Assembly: GCA_032718475.1 (NCBI GenBank)
Contig: JAUCBJ010002480.1
Location: forward strand, 1-34,907
Source of the DNA: Nemertoderma westbladi
Taxonomy: Eukaryota; Animalia; Xenacoelomorpha
Direction of reading: 5' to 3'
DNA length: 34,907 nt
Below the pieces are notes generated by a model. The model had not been told where the DNA came from. It saw only the letters and a list, made by a program, of their open reading frames with translations, and did no database searches. This document shows, piece by piece, positions 1-12,885 of the stretch (its first letter is position 1; the number at the start of each line of letters is the position of its first letter). The position numbers and the translations under genes were made by a program.

Positions 1-83
1 AAACAGTAAGCTAAGTAACTCGTGGCTCGCCCCACAATCTCTATACAATCTAAGTAATTATTCTCTCGATTATTAAGACTAAC

Positions 84-297
84 CTCTCCAAAGTCCACGT
101 TGTTTACATTTACAGAACCCGGTATCCAAGTGGACTTACTACCATCAATTCTGTCGCATGTTACAACAGTTGCCATGGAGAAACCCTTGGCTTTAACGTT
201 CAACAATACCGGGTCACGTTTCTTAGCAACACGACAAACAACGTTGAAGTTAACTTCCTTATCGTTAGGGGGCGTAAAGAATACATCTATTGGAAGT
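84..297 (-). CDS. HYDIN: HYDIN exon (last in window; gene continues beyond position 1)
   Basis: Acceptor ttccttcag| (ct at 298-299), donor |gttag (ac at 82-83); 214 nt, phase 2->0; encodes (R)LPIDVFFTPPNDKEVNFNVVCRVAKKRDPVLLNVKAKGFSMATVVTCDRIDGSKSTWIPGSVNVNNVDFGE, similar to recalled vertebrate HYDIN RFPIDIFFTP...VNFNLICNV.KK..P..LNVKAEG. Confidence 0.9.
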
Positions 298-690
298 CTG
301 AAGGAAATAAATAAAAATAAATTAATAAACAGTTATATTTAAACCTATGTTTTTTTTTATTAATGGAGTTAATTTTATTAACTTAATAAAGCTAATTGTA
401 AGAAATACATGTATGATTGTTAGTTTATAGGATACATAGCAGTTAGTCCCTTTATTTTGTAAACACAAACTTGTTCAAAACACAAACTCCATCTCTCAGG
501 ATGTTCCCTCCTGATATATAGCCGTTGATATATTAATATCCGTTGAAAAAAGAGGTCAGGTGTATGAAATTCGCACTTAGTGTCAATCCGAAATTTCTGT
601 CGGTCAGTCCGTCACAATAATAACTTATGAACACAGACCCTTCTGTTATATAAAAATGATGTCAGGTATAAAGATAGAGAGACCACCAAC

Positions 691-870
691 CTTGTATGCG
701 GGGCAACCGACCCCCTTATAGGAATGATACCCAGATGTGCACTTCTACCCTCAGTGTGCAGACTGTCGTCAAGAAAATTAAAGGAAAATGCTGAATCCTC
801 GTTATTAATTAAATTAATTACTTGGTTGGTTGTTTGTCCAATCAGGCACGTCCCAAAGTTAACATTACTC
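691..870 (-). CDS. HYDIN: HYDIN exon
   Basis: Acceptor ttattttag| (871-872), donor |gttggt (689-690); 180 nt, phase 2->2; (R)SNVNFGTCLIGQTTNQVINLINNEDSAFSFNFLDDSLHTEGRSAHLGIIPIRGSVAPHT(R); lies within ORF 612..1010. Confidence 0.88.
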
Positions 871-1365
871 CTAAAATAAGATATAATTAATAAATAATTA
901 ATAATGTGAACTCTATTGTATGTGACCTTTCGTGGGTTTTGTACTTTATAAAAAAAATAACTGGCCAGAAAATGTACTCTATGTGAGGACATGACATCCA
1001 AAATCATCAATATAACATGAAAACCATGTACAGTACATTAATATGAAAATGTTTGTCAGGTATTATTGTAAAACTAATAATATATTTTACAAGGCCTCCC
1101 TCCTCGGTATGGGAGTAGGGTTTAGATTATTGGTCATCGAGTATTGGTAATGGGCCCAACTTATACGCTCTGTACTATAGGCGCTACTTTAATCTGACCC
1201 GCACCCTAAAAACAATTATCATCTGTCATATAAAGACACCCGCCGTATAAAGTTATACATTATCTGCTCATGTTCTACCTACGAAATCACATAATATTTC
1301 CATTTATTTTCGGATAAAATTTATTTAAAATTGAAACCATTAATTAAAAAAACTTAATATAATAC

Positions 1366-2148
1366 CTGTCCATCATGACATCAGGATCTGTCGTCTTGCC
1401 CACCAAAAGGAAGGGGACATCTATAGCGAGCGCTGGAATATTAAACTGCCAGAAAGACTCGACAACCCCCAGTTGGGAGGCTGTGAAATAGAAACAAACT
1501 TGAGTTTTCTTCCCGGATAGAACGGATCCTCTGAGGACTTCGACCGAGAAACACGGAGACTTCCGAACGTTGAGAGGATCCAGACAGGTCCAGACGAACT
1601 GAAAGTCGGAGTTGGTTGGGTTCAGCACGTAGAACCGTTTAACCAGTCGCTTACCGAGCCCTACCGAGGCGAACTCGAGACACTTTGTGTTGGGATTGAG
1701 CGGGGCGCCCGGCGGAGCTCCCCCGGGGCCACGGAGATCCGGATTCCTCCGGTTCCCGTGGATGTAGTCGCTGTCCGGCAACTCGAAGTGCGCGTACGGA
1801 AGTCCGGACTTCCCGGACAGGACAATCTCCAACGGGGCCAGCGAGGGATCTAGGTTCCCAATTCGGCAGACTAAGTTTGCCGACCAGTCGGACAGTTGGA
1901 GGGGAGAGAAGTTTACGCGGATTTTGTGGCGTTTCTCCCCGGGTTTAATAACGCCGCCTTGCGGCTCCACTGTGAATGTTTCGGTGTCGGGTTCGCGGTA
2001 GAGAGGAGTGAGCGCATCCGTGCCGCTACGGGGTGTACCGGCTCGGAGCGACGAGCGAGGGGAATCGAAATGAACTCGTTCGCCATCCCGAGAAACAATG
2101 TCCCATTCGTAAACCAAACTAGTAGATCCATCATTACGCAGGTCAAAT
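1366..2148 (-). CDS. HYDIN: HYDIN exon (large, Ig-like/ASH-type repeats)
   Basis: Acceptor tttatttag| (2149-2150), donor |gtatt (1364-1365); 783 nt, phase 2->2; FDLRNDGSTSLVYEW...FTVEPQGGVIKPG...HFELPDSDYIHGNRRNPDLRGPGG...LNPNTKCLEFASVG...LNPTNSDFQFVW...ESFWQFNIP...VPFLLVGKTTDP; the SDYI..RRNP.LRG and VPFLLVG motifs are characteristic of HYDIN. Confidence 0.93.
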
Positions 2149-2664
2149 CTAAATAAATAATTAATTAGTCTTTAGTTAATTAACATTCGGAAATCGGAAA
2201 TCCTGAAAAGAAAATGTAAAAAATTATCGGCAGCACAAACAATTTATAATAATTAATAATAATAATTTATATACTTATCCTGAAACAAGATAATGGGGGA
2301 GAACGAATCTGAAGAAATATAAAGGTTTTTATGGCGAAATATTGGATAGCAGTTTCCTGCGACAGCGAGTTTCCTAAGTGTTCTTCGCGGTTCTTCTAAG
2401 TAAGAATAATTTGTTCCTGGTTTCATTATTATATGTATTGCCATGAACTTTGGTCGCGCTTTATTAATTGCAAACTGGCGATAACTAATTAGATTACAAT
2501 TTTGATTTTCAGTTTAGTTTCAGTTTACACAATCTTTCCATTAATTTCAGTATTAGAAACAATCAAGAATATTTCGATACTTATTTTGAATAACCATTAT
2601 TAAGAAATTTTATCTTAAAACAAAGTCTAGAACAGCCGCATTATATTATATTAATAAAACTTAC

Positions 2665-2895
2665 TCGTAAAATCTCGTCTGGAACAGCATGGTATCTTTA
2701 AAGTGGATATGTTCTACACCGCATCTGTACTTGGATACATCGGCGTGGGCTGATACAAGCAATGGTATGTACCTTGTGTCCCCAGTTGCTAGGTAACTAG
2801 GTTCCGGCGTCGTTTCTAACAGCCGACGTTTCTCCGGACGAGGTTTCTCTACGGAAGATGAGGAACCCCCTGTCTTCTCTCTCTCACGAGATTTC
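2665..2895 (-). CDS. HYDIN: HYDIN exon
   Basis: Acceptor tctttggtttag| (2896-2897), donor |gtaagt (2663-2664); 231 nt, phase 2->2; KSREREKTGGSSSSVEKPRPEKRRLLETTPEPSYLATGDTRYIPLLVSAHADVSKYRCGVEHIHFKDTMLFQTRFY, matching the HYDIN pattern ET.PEP...SA..D...Y.C....I.FK.T...QTR. Confidence 0.9.
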
Positions 2896-3146
2896 CTAAA
2901 CCAAAGAAAAATAATGATTAATAATATAAAGCAACACTTTATTCCAAGATGAGAAAATTACGGGATCACATGCCTCGATTAACCTGCTCGATTAACCGTA
3001 ATTAACATCAGAAATATTAAAATAGTCAATTTGTGGAATTATGTGTATTCAATTGGTGTACACCCGTCGAATCGTAGTTACACCATGCCCGGGAATAGAG
3101 TGCCGTTATTCAGGTACCATGTATTATTCAGTTGCGGTTTTTCTAG

Positions 3147-3369
3147 AAATCTTAATGATATTGCATGAGATTTGAAACATAGATAGTTTTACCTCCCTCC
3201 TCTTAGTGGGTGAGTCAGAATTTTTATTTTTGCTCATATTTTTTAGGTCTTTTTTCCACCGCTTGTAGCTAATGAGTAATCGCGAAAATTTAAATTCTGA
3301 CTTACAAAGTTAGAAGGAGGGATGTCAAACTATCTATATCTAAAATTTCATACAATCTCATTACGATTT
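3147..3369. mobile_element. Degenerate inverted-repeat (MITE/foldback-like) element
   Basis: Arm ~3147-3233 (aaatcttaatgatattgcatgagatttgaaacatagatagttttacctccctcct...gagtcagaattt) is an imperfect reverse complement of ~3281-3369; short spacer. Confidence 0.6.
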
Positions 3370-4343
3370 GCCGAACATATTTTGGGTTGTGTGGTCGTGC
3401 CATTGAATTATAACTCTTATACAAGAAGGTATGCGGTTGATGTCACGAAATATATCTACGAACTACATTAACTCTAAAGTTGTTGATATAACAAAAATAA
3501 GAAGAATTAAGTAAGATAACAAAGATACAGAAAGGATAAATATTCACATTTGTAGTGTATTATGTTCTACACTTGTCCATCTAAGACTCATCTCGACCAT
3601 CTAAGACTCATCATTAGACTTTAGACAAATCATTCCATATCGATGGGGTGATGGTAACACCTCCAACTGGCTCCAGAAATCAAGGAAATTCTGATTAATT
3701 AATTAATTAATTAATCCGGAATTTGTCGCCCCGGCTGCTTTAATTCAGTAAAAGGCCAAACTAAATTAAAAAATGTAAAGGAACATATGCACCAAATTGC
3801 ACCACCGGTACTGATCAAATGATATATTATCCAATATGCTGAACCAGGTTGTTTACGAGTACTCAGAATACTCGTCTCCTTCATTAGCCACGTTGCGTTC
3901 GTCCTGAAGGCCCCACGCAAATGCTACTTAGAAAGTTTGGTTAGATTTCATAAAGGATTGGCTGAGTATTTAACGTTTAAAAATCGGATCGAGAGATCAA
4001 CGAATAGATCTACGGACCGACAGATCAACATACACACCGATTGAGATAGTGGTACCAGTATGCTAATCTCGCTTACCGTCGTGGCTCGCCCCACATATGA
4101 GTAAAAGGGCCCTTAGAGGTATACTCGGGAGATAGTTTGTAATATGTTAATGGGGAGAGTGGTGTGAACATGTTCTGTATGTAGATAGTCAGATGTTATC
4201 GATATTGGATTATATTACCAGTGACTTATTGGTGAAGTGAACTGTTTCATTCTCGTGTGATTTATTATTGTGAACGCTACATCAATTGTCACCTCTCTCG
4301 ATACCATAGGACCTTGAAGTGGATTTGATTATTGGTTTTATTG

Positions 4344-4790
4344 TATTGTTGTGTACGCTATCCTCAACGTACTTGAGATAGTTTTATCATTAGAACAATA
4401 TATATCGCAACAACAGGATTCATTATTTTCCATCGAACTCCTCTGATTTCCAAACCATGATTTAACCCTTTTATCTTTGTTTGCATGGTTGTGGTAACAT
4501 CCCTTCTTTCTTTTCATGTATTGTTAACATGTGAGTAGATCCCGTCGGATCTAGATAGTTAGGAATCCCTCAACGATTCAAGTGTGCTCTTATCGTATAA
4601 ATGTCGACCTTTTCGTCTCACTCAGGCTCACTCTATTGTGCCGTCGGCGCGTCGGGATAAATCCCAATCGAGTATATGGTTTGGAAATCAGAGGAGATCG
4701 ATGGAAAATAATGAATCCTGTTGTTGCGATATATATTGGTCTAATGATAAAACTATCTCAAGTACGTTGAGGATAGCGCACACAACAATA
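4344..4790. mobile_element. MITE-like element with ~115 bp terminal inverted repeats
   Basis: 4344-4458 and 4676-4790 are reverse complements with about 3 mismatches; 217 bp non-coding spacer; outermost bases TA...TA are compatible with a TA target-site duplication. Confidence 0.8.
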
Positions 4791-4791
4791 G

Positions 4792-7700
4792 AGACGGAAT
4801 GACGGAATGATTCCACAAAACATGCGAACAAAGACGGAAGGAATGTTTCTATAAAACATGCGAAAAAAGACGGAATGCTTCTATAAAACATGCGAAAAAA
4901 GACGGAATGTTTCCATGATACATGCGAACAAAGACGGAAGGAATGTTTCTATAAAACATGCGAACAAAGACGGAAGGAATGTTTCTAGAAAACATGCGAA
5001 AAAAGACGGAATGCTTCTATAAAACATGCGAAAAAAGACGGAATGTTTCCATGATACATGCGAACAAAGACGGAAGGAATGTTTCTATAAAACATGCGAA
5101 AAAAGACGGAATGTTTCTATAAAACATGCGAATAAAGACGGAATGTTTCCATAAAACATGCGAACAAAGACGGAAGGAATGTTTCTATAAAACATGCGAA
5201 CAAAGACGGAAGGAATGTTTCTATAAAACATGCGAAAAAAGATGGAAGGAATGTTTCTATAAAACATGCGAACAAAGACGGAAGGAATGTTTCTATAAAA
5301 CATGCGAAAAAAGATGGAAGGAATGTTTCTATAAAACATGCGAACAAAGACGGAAGGAATGTTTCTATAAAACATGCGAACAAAGACGGAAGGAATGTTT
5401 CTAGAAAACATGCGAAAAAAGACGGAATGCTTCTATAAAACATGCGAAAAAAGACGGAATGTTTCCATGATACATGCAAAGAAAGACGGAATGTTTCCAT
5501 AAAACATGCGAACAAAGACGGAAGGAATGTTTCTAGAAAACATGCGAAAAAAGACCGAATGTTTCTATAAAACATGCGAAAAAAGATGGAAGGAATGTTT
5601 CTATAAAACATGCGAACAAAGACGGAAGGAATGTTTCTATAAAACATGCGAAAAAAGATGGAAGGAATGTTTCTATAAAACATGCGAAAAAAGACCGAAT
5701 GTTTCTATAAAACATGCGAAAAAAGATGGAAGGAATGTTTCTATAAAACATGCGAACAAAGACGGAAGGAATGTTTCTATAAAACATGCGAACAAAGACG
5801 GAAGGAATGTTTCTAGAAAACATGCGAAAAAAGACGGAATGCTTCTATAAAACATGCGAAAAAAGACGGAATGTTTCCATGATACATGCAAAGAAAGACG
5901 GAATGTTTCCATAAAACATGCGAACAAAGACGGAAGGAATGTTTCTAGAAAACATGCGAAAAAAGACCGAATGTTTCTATAAAACATGCGAAAAAAGACG
6001 GAAGGAATGTTTCTAGAAAACATGCGAAAAAAGACCGAATGTTTCTATAAAACATGCGAACAAAGACGGAAGGAATGTTTCTATAAAACATGCGAAAAAA
6101 GACGGAATGTTTCTATAAAACATGCGAACAAAGACGGAAGGAATGTTTCTAGAAAACATGCGAAAAAAGACGGAATGCTTCTATAAAACATGCGAAAAAA
6201 GACGGAATGTTTCTATAAAACATGCGAACAAAGACGGAAGGAATGTTTCTAGAAAACATGCGAAAAAAGACGGAATGTTTCCATGATACATGCAAAGAAA
6301 GACGGAATGTTTCAATAAAACATGCGAAAAAAGACGGAATGTTTCCATGATACATGCAAAGAAAGACGGAATGTTTCCATAAAACATGCGAACAAAGACG
6401 GAAGGAATGTTTCTAGAAAACATGCGAAAAAAGACCGAATGTTTCTATAAAACATGCGAAAAAAGACGGAAGGAATGTTTCTAGAAAACATGCGAAAAAA
6501 GACCGAATGTTTCTATAAAACATGCGAACAAAGACGGAAGGAATGTTTCTATAAAACATGCGAAAAAAGACGGAATGTTTCTATAAAACATGCGAACAAA
6601 GACGGAAGGAATGTTTCTAGAAAACATGCGAAAAAAGACGGAATGCTTCTATAAAACATGCGAAAAAAGACGGAATGTTTCTATAAAACATGCGAACAAA
6701 GACGGAAGGAATGTTTCTAGAAAACATGCGAAAAAAGACGGAATGCTTCTATAAAACATGCGAAAAAAGACGGAATGTTTCCATGATACATGCAAAGAAA
6801 GACGGAATGCTTCTATAAAACATGCGAAAAAAGACGGAATGTTTCCATGATACATGCAAAGAAAGACGGAATGTTTCTATAAAACATGCGAAAAAAGATG
6901 GAAGGAATGTTTCTATAAAACATGCGAACAAAGACGGAAGGAATGTTTCTATAAAACATGCGAAAAAAGATGGAAGGAATGTTTCTATAAAACATGCGAA
7001 AAAAGACCGAATGTTTCTATAAAACATGCGAAAAAAGATGGAAGGAATGTTTCTATAAAACATGCGAACAAAGACGGAAGGAATGTTTCTATAAAACATG
7101 CGAAAAAAGATGGAAGGAATGTTTCTATAAAACATGCGAACAAAGACGGAAGGAATGTTTCTATAAAACATGCGAACAAAGACGGAAGGAATGTTTCTAG
7201 AAAACATGCGAAAAAAGACGGAATGCTTCTATAAAACATGCGAAAAAAGACGGAATGTTTCCATGATACATGCAAAGAAAGACGGAATGTTTCCATAAAA
7301 CATGCGAACAAAGACGGAAGGAATGTTTCTAGAAAACATGCGAAAAAAGACCGAATGTTTCTATAAAACATGCGAAAAAAGACGGAAGGAATGATTCTAG
7401 AAAACATGCGAAAAAAGACCGAATGTTTCTATAAAACATGCGAACAAAGACGGAAGGAATGTTTCTATAAAACATGCGAAAAAAGACGGAATGTTTCTAT
7501 AAAACATGCGAACAAAGACGGAAGGAATGTTTCTAGAAAACATGCGAAAAAAGACGGAATGCTTCTATAAAACATGCGAAAAAAGACGGAATGTTTCTAT
7601 AAAACATGCGAACAAAGACGGAAGGAATGTTTCTAGAAAACATGCGAAAAAAGACGGAATGCTTCTATAAAACATGCGAAAAAAGACGGAATGTTTCCAT

Positions 7701-10700
7701 GATACATGCAAAGAAAGACGGAATGTTTCAATAAAACATGCGAAAAAAGACGGAATGTTTCCATGATACATGCAAAGAAAGACGGAATGTTTCCATGATA
7801 CATGCAAAGAAAGACGGAATGTTTCCATAAAACATGCGAACAAAGACGGAAGGAATGTTTCTAGAAAACATGCGAAAAAAGACCGAATGTTTCTATAAAA
7901 CATGCGAACAAAGACGGAAGGAATGTTTCTATAAAACATGCGAACAAAGACGGAAGGAATGTTTCTAGAAAACATGCGAAAAAAGACGGAATGCTTCTAT
8001 AAAACATGCGAAAAAAGACGGAATGTTTCCATGATACATGCAAAGAAAGACGGAATGTTTCCATAAAACATGCGAACAAAGACGGAAGGAATGTTTCTAG
8101 AAAACATGCGAAAAAAGACCGAATGTTTCTATAAAACATGCGAAAAAAGATGGAAGGAATGTTTCTATAAAACATGCGAACAAAGACGGAAGGAATGTTT
8201 CTATAAAACATGCGAACAAAGACGGAAGGAATGTTTCTAGAAAACATGCGAAAAAAGACGGAATGCTTCTATAAAACATGCGAAAAAAGACGGAATGTTT
8301 CCATGATACATGCAAAGAAAGACGGAATGTTTCCATAAAACATGCGAACAAAGACGGAAGGAATGTTTCTAGAAAACATGCGAAAAAAGACCGAATGTTT
8401 CTATAAAACATGCGAAAAAAGACGGAAGGAATGTTTCTAGAAAACATGCGAAAAAAGACCGAATGTTTCTATAAAACATGCGAACAAAGACGGAAGGAAT
8501 GTTTCTATAAAACATGCGAAAAAAGACGGAATGTTTCTATAAAACATGCGAACAAAGACGGAAGGAATGTTTCTAGAAAACATGCGAAAAAAGACGGAAT
8601 GCTTCTATAAAACATGCGAAAAAAGACGGAATGTTTCTATAAAACATGCGAACAAAGACGGAAGGAATGTTTCTAGAAAACATGCGAACAAAGACGGAAG
8701 GAATGTTTCTAGAAAACATGCGAACAAAGACGGAAGGAATGTTTCTAGAAAACATGCGAAAAAAGACGGAATGCTTCTATAAAACATGCGAAAAAAGACG
8801 GAATGTTTCCATGATACATGCAAAGAAAGACGGAATGTTTCCATAAAACATGCGAACAAAGACGGAAGGAATGTTTCTAGAAAACATGCGAAAAAAGACC
8901 GAATGTTTCTATAAAACATGCGAAAAAAGACGGAAGGAATGTTTCTAGAAAACATGCGAAAAAAGACCGAATGTTTCTATAAAACATGCGAACAAAGACG
9001 GAAGGAATGTTTCTATAAAACATGCGAAAAAAGACGGAATGTTTCTATAAAACATGCGAACAAAGACGGAAGGAATGTTTCTAGAAAACATGCGAAAAAA
9101 GACGGAATGCTTCTATAAAACATGCGAAAAAAGACGGAATGTTTCTATAAAACATGCGAACAAAGACGGAAGGAATGTTTCTAGAAAACATGCGAAAAAA
9201 GACGGAATGCTTCTATAAAACATGCGAAAAAAGACGGAATGTTTCCATGATACATGCAAAGAAAGACGGAATGTTTCAATAAAACATGCGAAAAAAGACG
9301 GAATGTTTCCATGATACATGCAAAGAAAGACCGAATGTTTCTATAAAACATGCGAACAAAGACGGAAGGAATGTTTCTATAAAACATGCGAACAAAGACG
9401 GAAGGAATGTTTCTAGAAAACATGCGAAAAAAGACGGAATGCTTCTATAAAACATGCGAAAAAAGACGGAATGTTTCCATGATACATGCAAAGAAAGACG
9501 GAATGTTTCCATAAAACATGCGAACAAAGACGGAAGGAATGTTTCTAGAAAACATGCGAACAAAGACGGAAGGAATGTTTCTATAAAACATGCGAACAAA
9601 GACGGAAGGAATGTTTCTAGAAAACATGCGAAAAAAGACGGAATGCTTCTATAAAACATGCGAAAAAAGACGGAATGTTTCCATGATACATGCAAAGAAA
9701 GACGGAATGTTTCCATAAAACATGCGAACAAAGACGGAAGGAATGTTTCTAGAAAACATGCGAAAAAAGACCGAATGTTTCTATAAAACATGCGAAAAAA
9801 GACGGAAGGAATGTTTCTAGAAAACATGCGAAAAAAGACCGAATGTTTCTATAAAACATGCGAACAAAGACGGAAGGAATGTTTCTATAAAACATGCGAA
9901 AAAAGACGGAATGTTTCTATAAAACATGCGAACAAAGACGGAAGGAATGTTTCTAGAAAACATGCGAAAAAAGACGGAATGCTTCTATAAAACATGCGAA
10001 AAAAGACGGAATGTTTCTATAAAACATGCGAACAAAGACGGAAGGAATGTTTCTAGAAAACATGCGAACAAAGACGGAAGGAATGTTTCTAGAAAACATG
10101 CGAAAAAAGACGGAATGCTTCTATAAAACATGCGAAAAAAGACGGAATGTTTCCATGATACATGCAAAGAAAGACGGAATGTTTCCATAAAACATGCGAA
10201 CAAAGACGGAAGGAATGTTTCTAGAAAACATGCGAAAAAAGACCGAATGTTTCTATAAAACATGCGAACAAAGACGGAAGGAATGTTTCTATAAAACATG
10301 CGAAAAAAGACGGAATGTTTCCATAAAACATGCGAACAAAGACGGAAGGAATGTTTCTAGAAAACATGCGAAAAAAGACCGAATGTTTCTATAAAACATG
10401 CGAACAAAGACGGAAGGAATGTTTCTATAAAACATGCGAAAAAAGACGGAATGTTTCTATAAAACATGCGAACAAAGACGGAAGGAATGTTTCTAGAAAA
10501 CATGCGAACAAAGACGGAAGGAATGTTTCTATAAAACATGCGAAAAAAGACGGAATGTTTCTATAAAACATGCGAACAAAGACGGAAGGAATGTTTCTAG
10601 AAAACATGCGAACAAAGACGGAAGGAATGTTTCTATAAAACATGCGAAAAAAGACGGAATGTTTCCATGATACATGCAAAGAAAGACGGAATGTTTCTAT

Positions 10701-11338
10701 AAAACATGCGAACAAAGACGGAAGGAATGTTTCTAGAAAACATGCGAAAAAAGACGGAATGCTTCTATAAAACATGCGAAAAAAGACGGAATGTTTCCAT
10801 GATACATGCAAAGAAAGACGGAATGTTTCAATAAAACATGCGAAAAAAGACGGAATGTTTCCATGATACATGCAAAGAAAGACGGAATGTTTCCATGATA
10901 CATGCAAAGAAAGACGGAATGTTTCCATAAAACATGCGAACAAAGACGGAAGGAATGTTTCTAGAAAACATGCGAAAAAAGACGGAATGCTTCTATAAAA
11001 CATGCGAAAAAAGACGGAATGTTTCCATGATACATGCAAAGAAAGACGGAATGTTTCCATAAAACATGCGAACAAAGACGGAAGGAATGTTTCTAGAAAA
11101 CATGCGAAAAAAGACCGAATGTTGCTATAAAACATGCGAAAAAAGACGGAAGGAATGTTTCTAGAAAACATGCGAAAAAAGACGGAATGCTTCTATAAAA
11201 CATGCGAAAAAAGACGGAATGTTTCCATGATACATGCAAAGAAAGACGGAATGTTTCCATAAAACATGCGAACAAAGACGGAAGGAATGTTTCTGGAAAA
11301 CATGCGAAAAAAGACCGAATGTTTCTATAAAACATGCG
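4792..11338. repeat. Satellite 1: tandem 32/36 bp units, ~6.5 kb (~190 units)
   Basis: Consensus aaaacatgcgaa(a/c)aaagacgg(aagg)aatgtttcta(t/g); the optional aagg gives 36 vs 32 bp; recurrent variant ccatgatacatgcaaagaaagacgg. Confidence 0.98.
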
Positions 11339-11355
11339 TAACATAAATGACTCAC

Positions 11356-11493
11356 TCATCAACGTCATTCTGATCATCATTATTAGGCAAGTCACTGATT
11401 GGCCGCAGCTGTAACCTATGGGTGACTGACCCCCTGGGATGCACTCCTTGGTCCGTGGACACTCTAGATGGTCTTCTCTTAAGTTTACCATCA
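11356..11493 (-). CDS. Putative symmetric cassette exon 4 of HYDIN (RRxS-containing)
   Basis: Acceptor aatttaatttaaag| (11494-11495), donor |gtgagt (11354-11355); 138 nt, phase 2->2, open: DGKLKRRPSRVSTDQGVHPRGSVTHRLQLRPISDLPNNDDQNDVD; GC-richer than flanks. Confidence 0.72.
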
Positions 11494-11805
11494 CTTTAAA
11501 TTAAATTATTAAACAAATAAAAATAACAAACAAATATATTACAACAATAGACCACTAATCCTCGTTACATACTGTATTACACTCATATTCATAATGAAAT
11601 AGACACAGTATTACAGTAATACAGTATATAGATAGACAGGCAGTTTTTGCAATAACACCTTACTACTGTAGGACATGATAAATAACTGATTCGGGTAGAT
11701 AATATTGTTTGTCATCAATAATCCGACTGATGCAAACTGGCATCATTGCGGGTTTTCCTAAAAGTGATAAAATTTAACACGGATCCTGACCTTATATGCA
11801 AAAGA

Positions 11806-12059
11806 AATAATAATAATATTGGTTATTTATATAGCGCTTTTCTACGCTCGGCATACTCAAAGCGCTAATATTATCATTACCCCAGCAAAGCCAGGTTCCC
11901 ATTATACCGCTGGGTTGACGTAGACACTAATGTCTAAAGTGTCTTGCCTAGGGACACAACAGTGCGAAATTTTTACAGCCTTTAGTCGGATTCGAAACTG
12001 CACCACCAAACACTATTGTGTAAGCAGTTCAGGCGCCGTATCCACTCGGACACTGCGAC
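11806..12059 (-). mobile_element. tRNA-derived SINE with conserved central domain and L2-like tail
   Basis: Minus strand: A-box-like AGTGTCCGAGTGG, B-box-like GTTTCGAATCC (11988-11998), central GTGTCCCTAGGCAAGACACTT (CORE/Meta/V-SINE-type motif), 3' GCGCTTTGAG...GAAAAGCGCTATATAAAT followed by (ATT)n. Confidence 0.8.
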
Positions 12060-12885
12060 ATCTGACATACGATTTTCGATCCTCCATGGGTGTGTTCCAG
12101 AACGTTTTTACTCACTAATATTTAATTGTTAGAGTCCCGATTGTAAATTATAATGTGCTGTCTTTATAGTAATGATTTTTTTTTAATAACATACCATTGC
12201 ATCTATTCTTAATTGATTGTTAGGATTGTGATCCTTTTGAGATGCTATAGATGGAGGCTTATGAGTATACAAGTATATTATATTATGTAACTTTAACTGA
12301 ATTAAGTCAAATTCTTTCATTATCAATAGTGACATTATTACGAAAATACGGGACAGTAATGGCAGAATGAACCCTTGCTAGAGTTGATAATTAGAATACC
12401 AAATTATACAAAAGCTGGACATCAGTTCATTTATTGATGACAATCATTATGACACATTAGAATTACATAAAACATTTACTGACGTGGAGGGCTAAGAACA
12501 TATCGCATAATAATTTAGCCTTTATCATACATATAGGCTTTATTAGAATATTATAAATTCTAAAATATTCTAAAATATAATTGTGAAATTAAATGATTAA
12601 CGAAATTAATAAACAGGGGTTGAACCGAATTTGCAATTTTTTAATTTAAAATATTTATATTTGCAAATGTTATCTCTGCAATTATTTTCATGTCATTTTT
12701 CGATGTATATCTTAGCAAGTATAAGAAATATTAGAAAATAATAGTTTAACATGATTAAACGAAGTGTACAACAGTAAACACTTATTACCACGGTGTAATC
12801 ATGCACTGTACTAATATAGTAAATTAAGAATAATAATATTATTAATGCCACATTTATTAATAAAATAATATTTATGTTGACTAAC

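Noticed and set aside
100-342. + strand ORFs 100..342 and 1896..2156
   Set aside because: Antisense shadows of HYDIN exons.
3856-4312. Exon-like segments at ~3856-3926 and ~4219-4312 on the minus strand
   Set aside because: Open frames are not phase 2->2 and would shift the HYDIN frame; no recognisable homology.
4792-11338. Many short ORFs on both strands, and CRISPR-like unit length (32-36 bp)
   Set aside because: Head-to-tail repeats with no unique spacers and no cas genes, in a spliceosomal-intron context; the ORFs are repeat translations.
11985-12059. tRNA gene
   Set aside because: A and B boxes are present but there is no convincing cloverleaf, and it continues into SINE body and tail.
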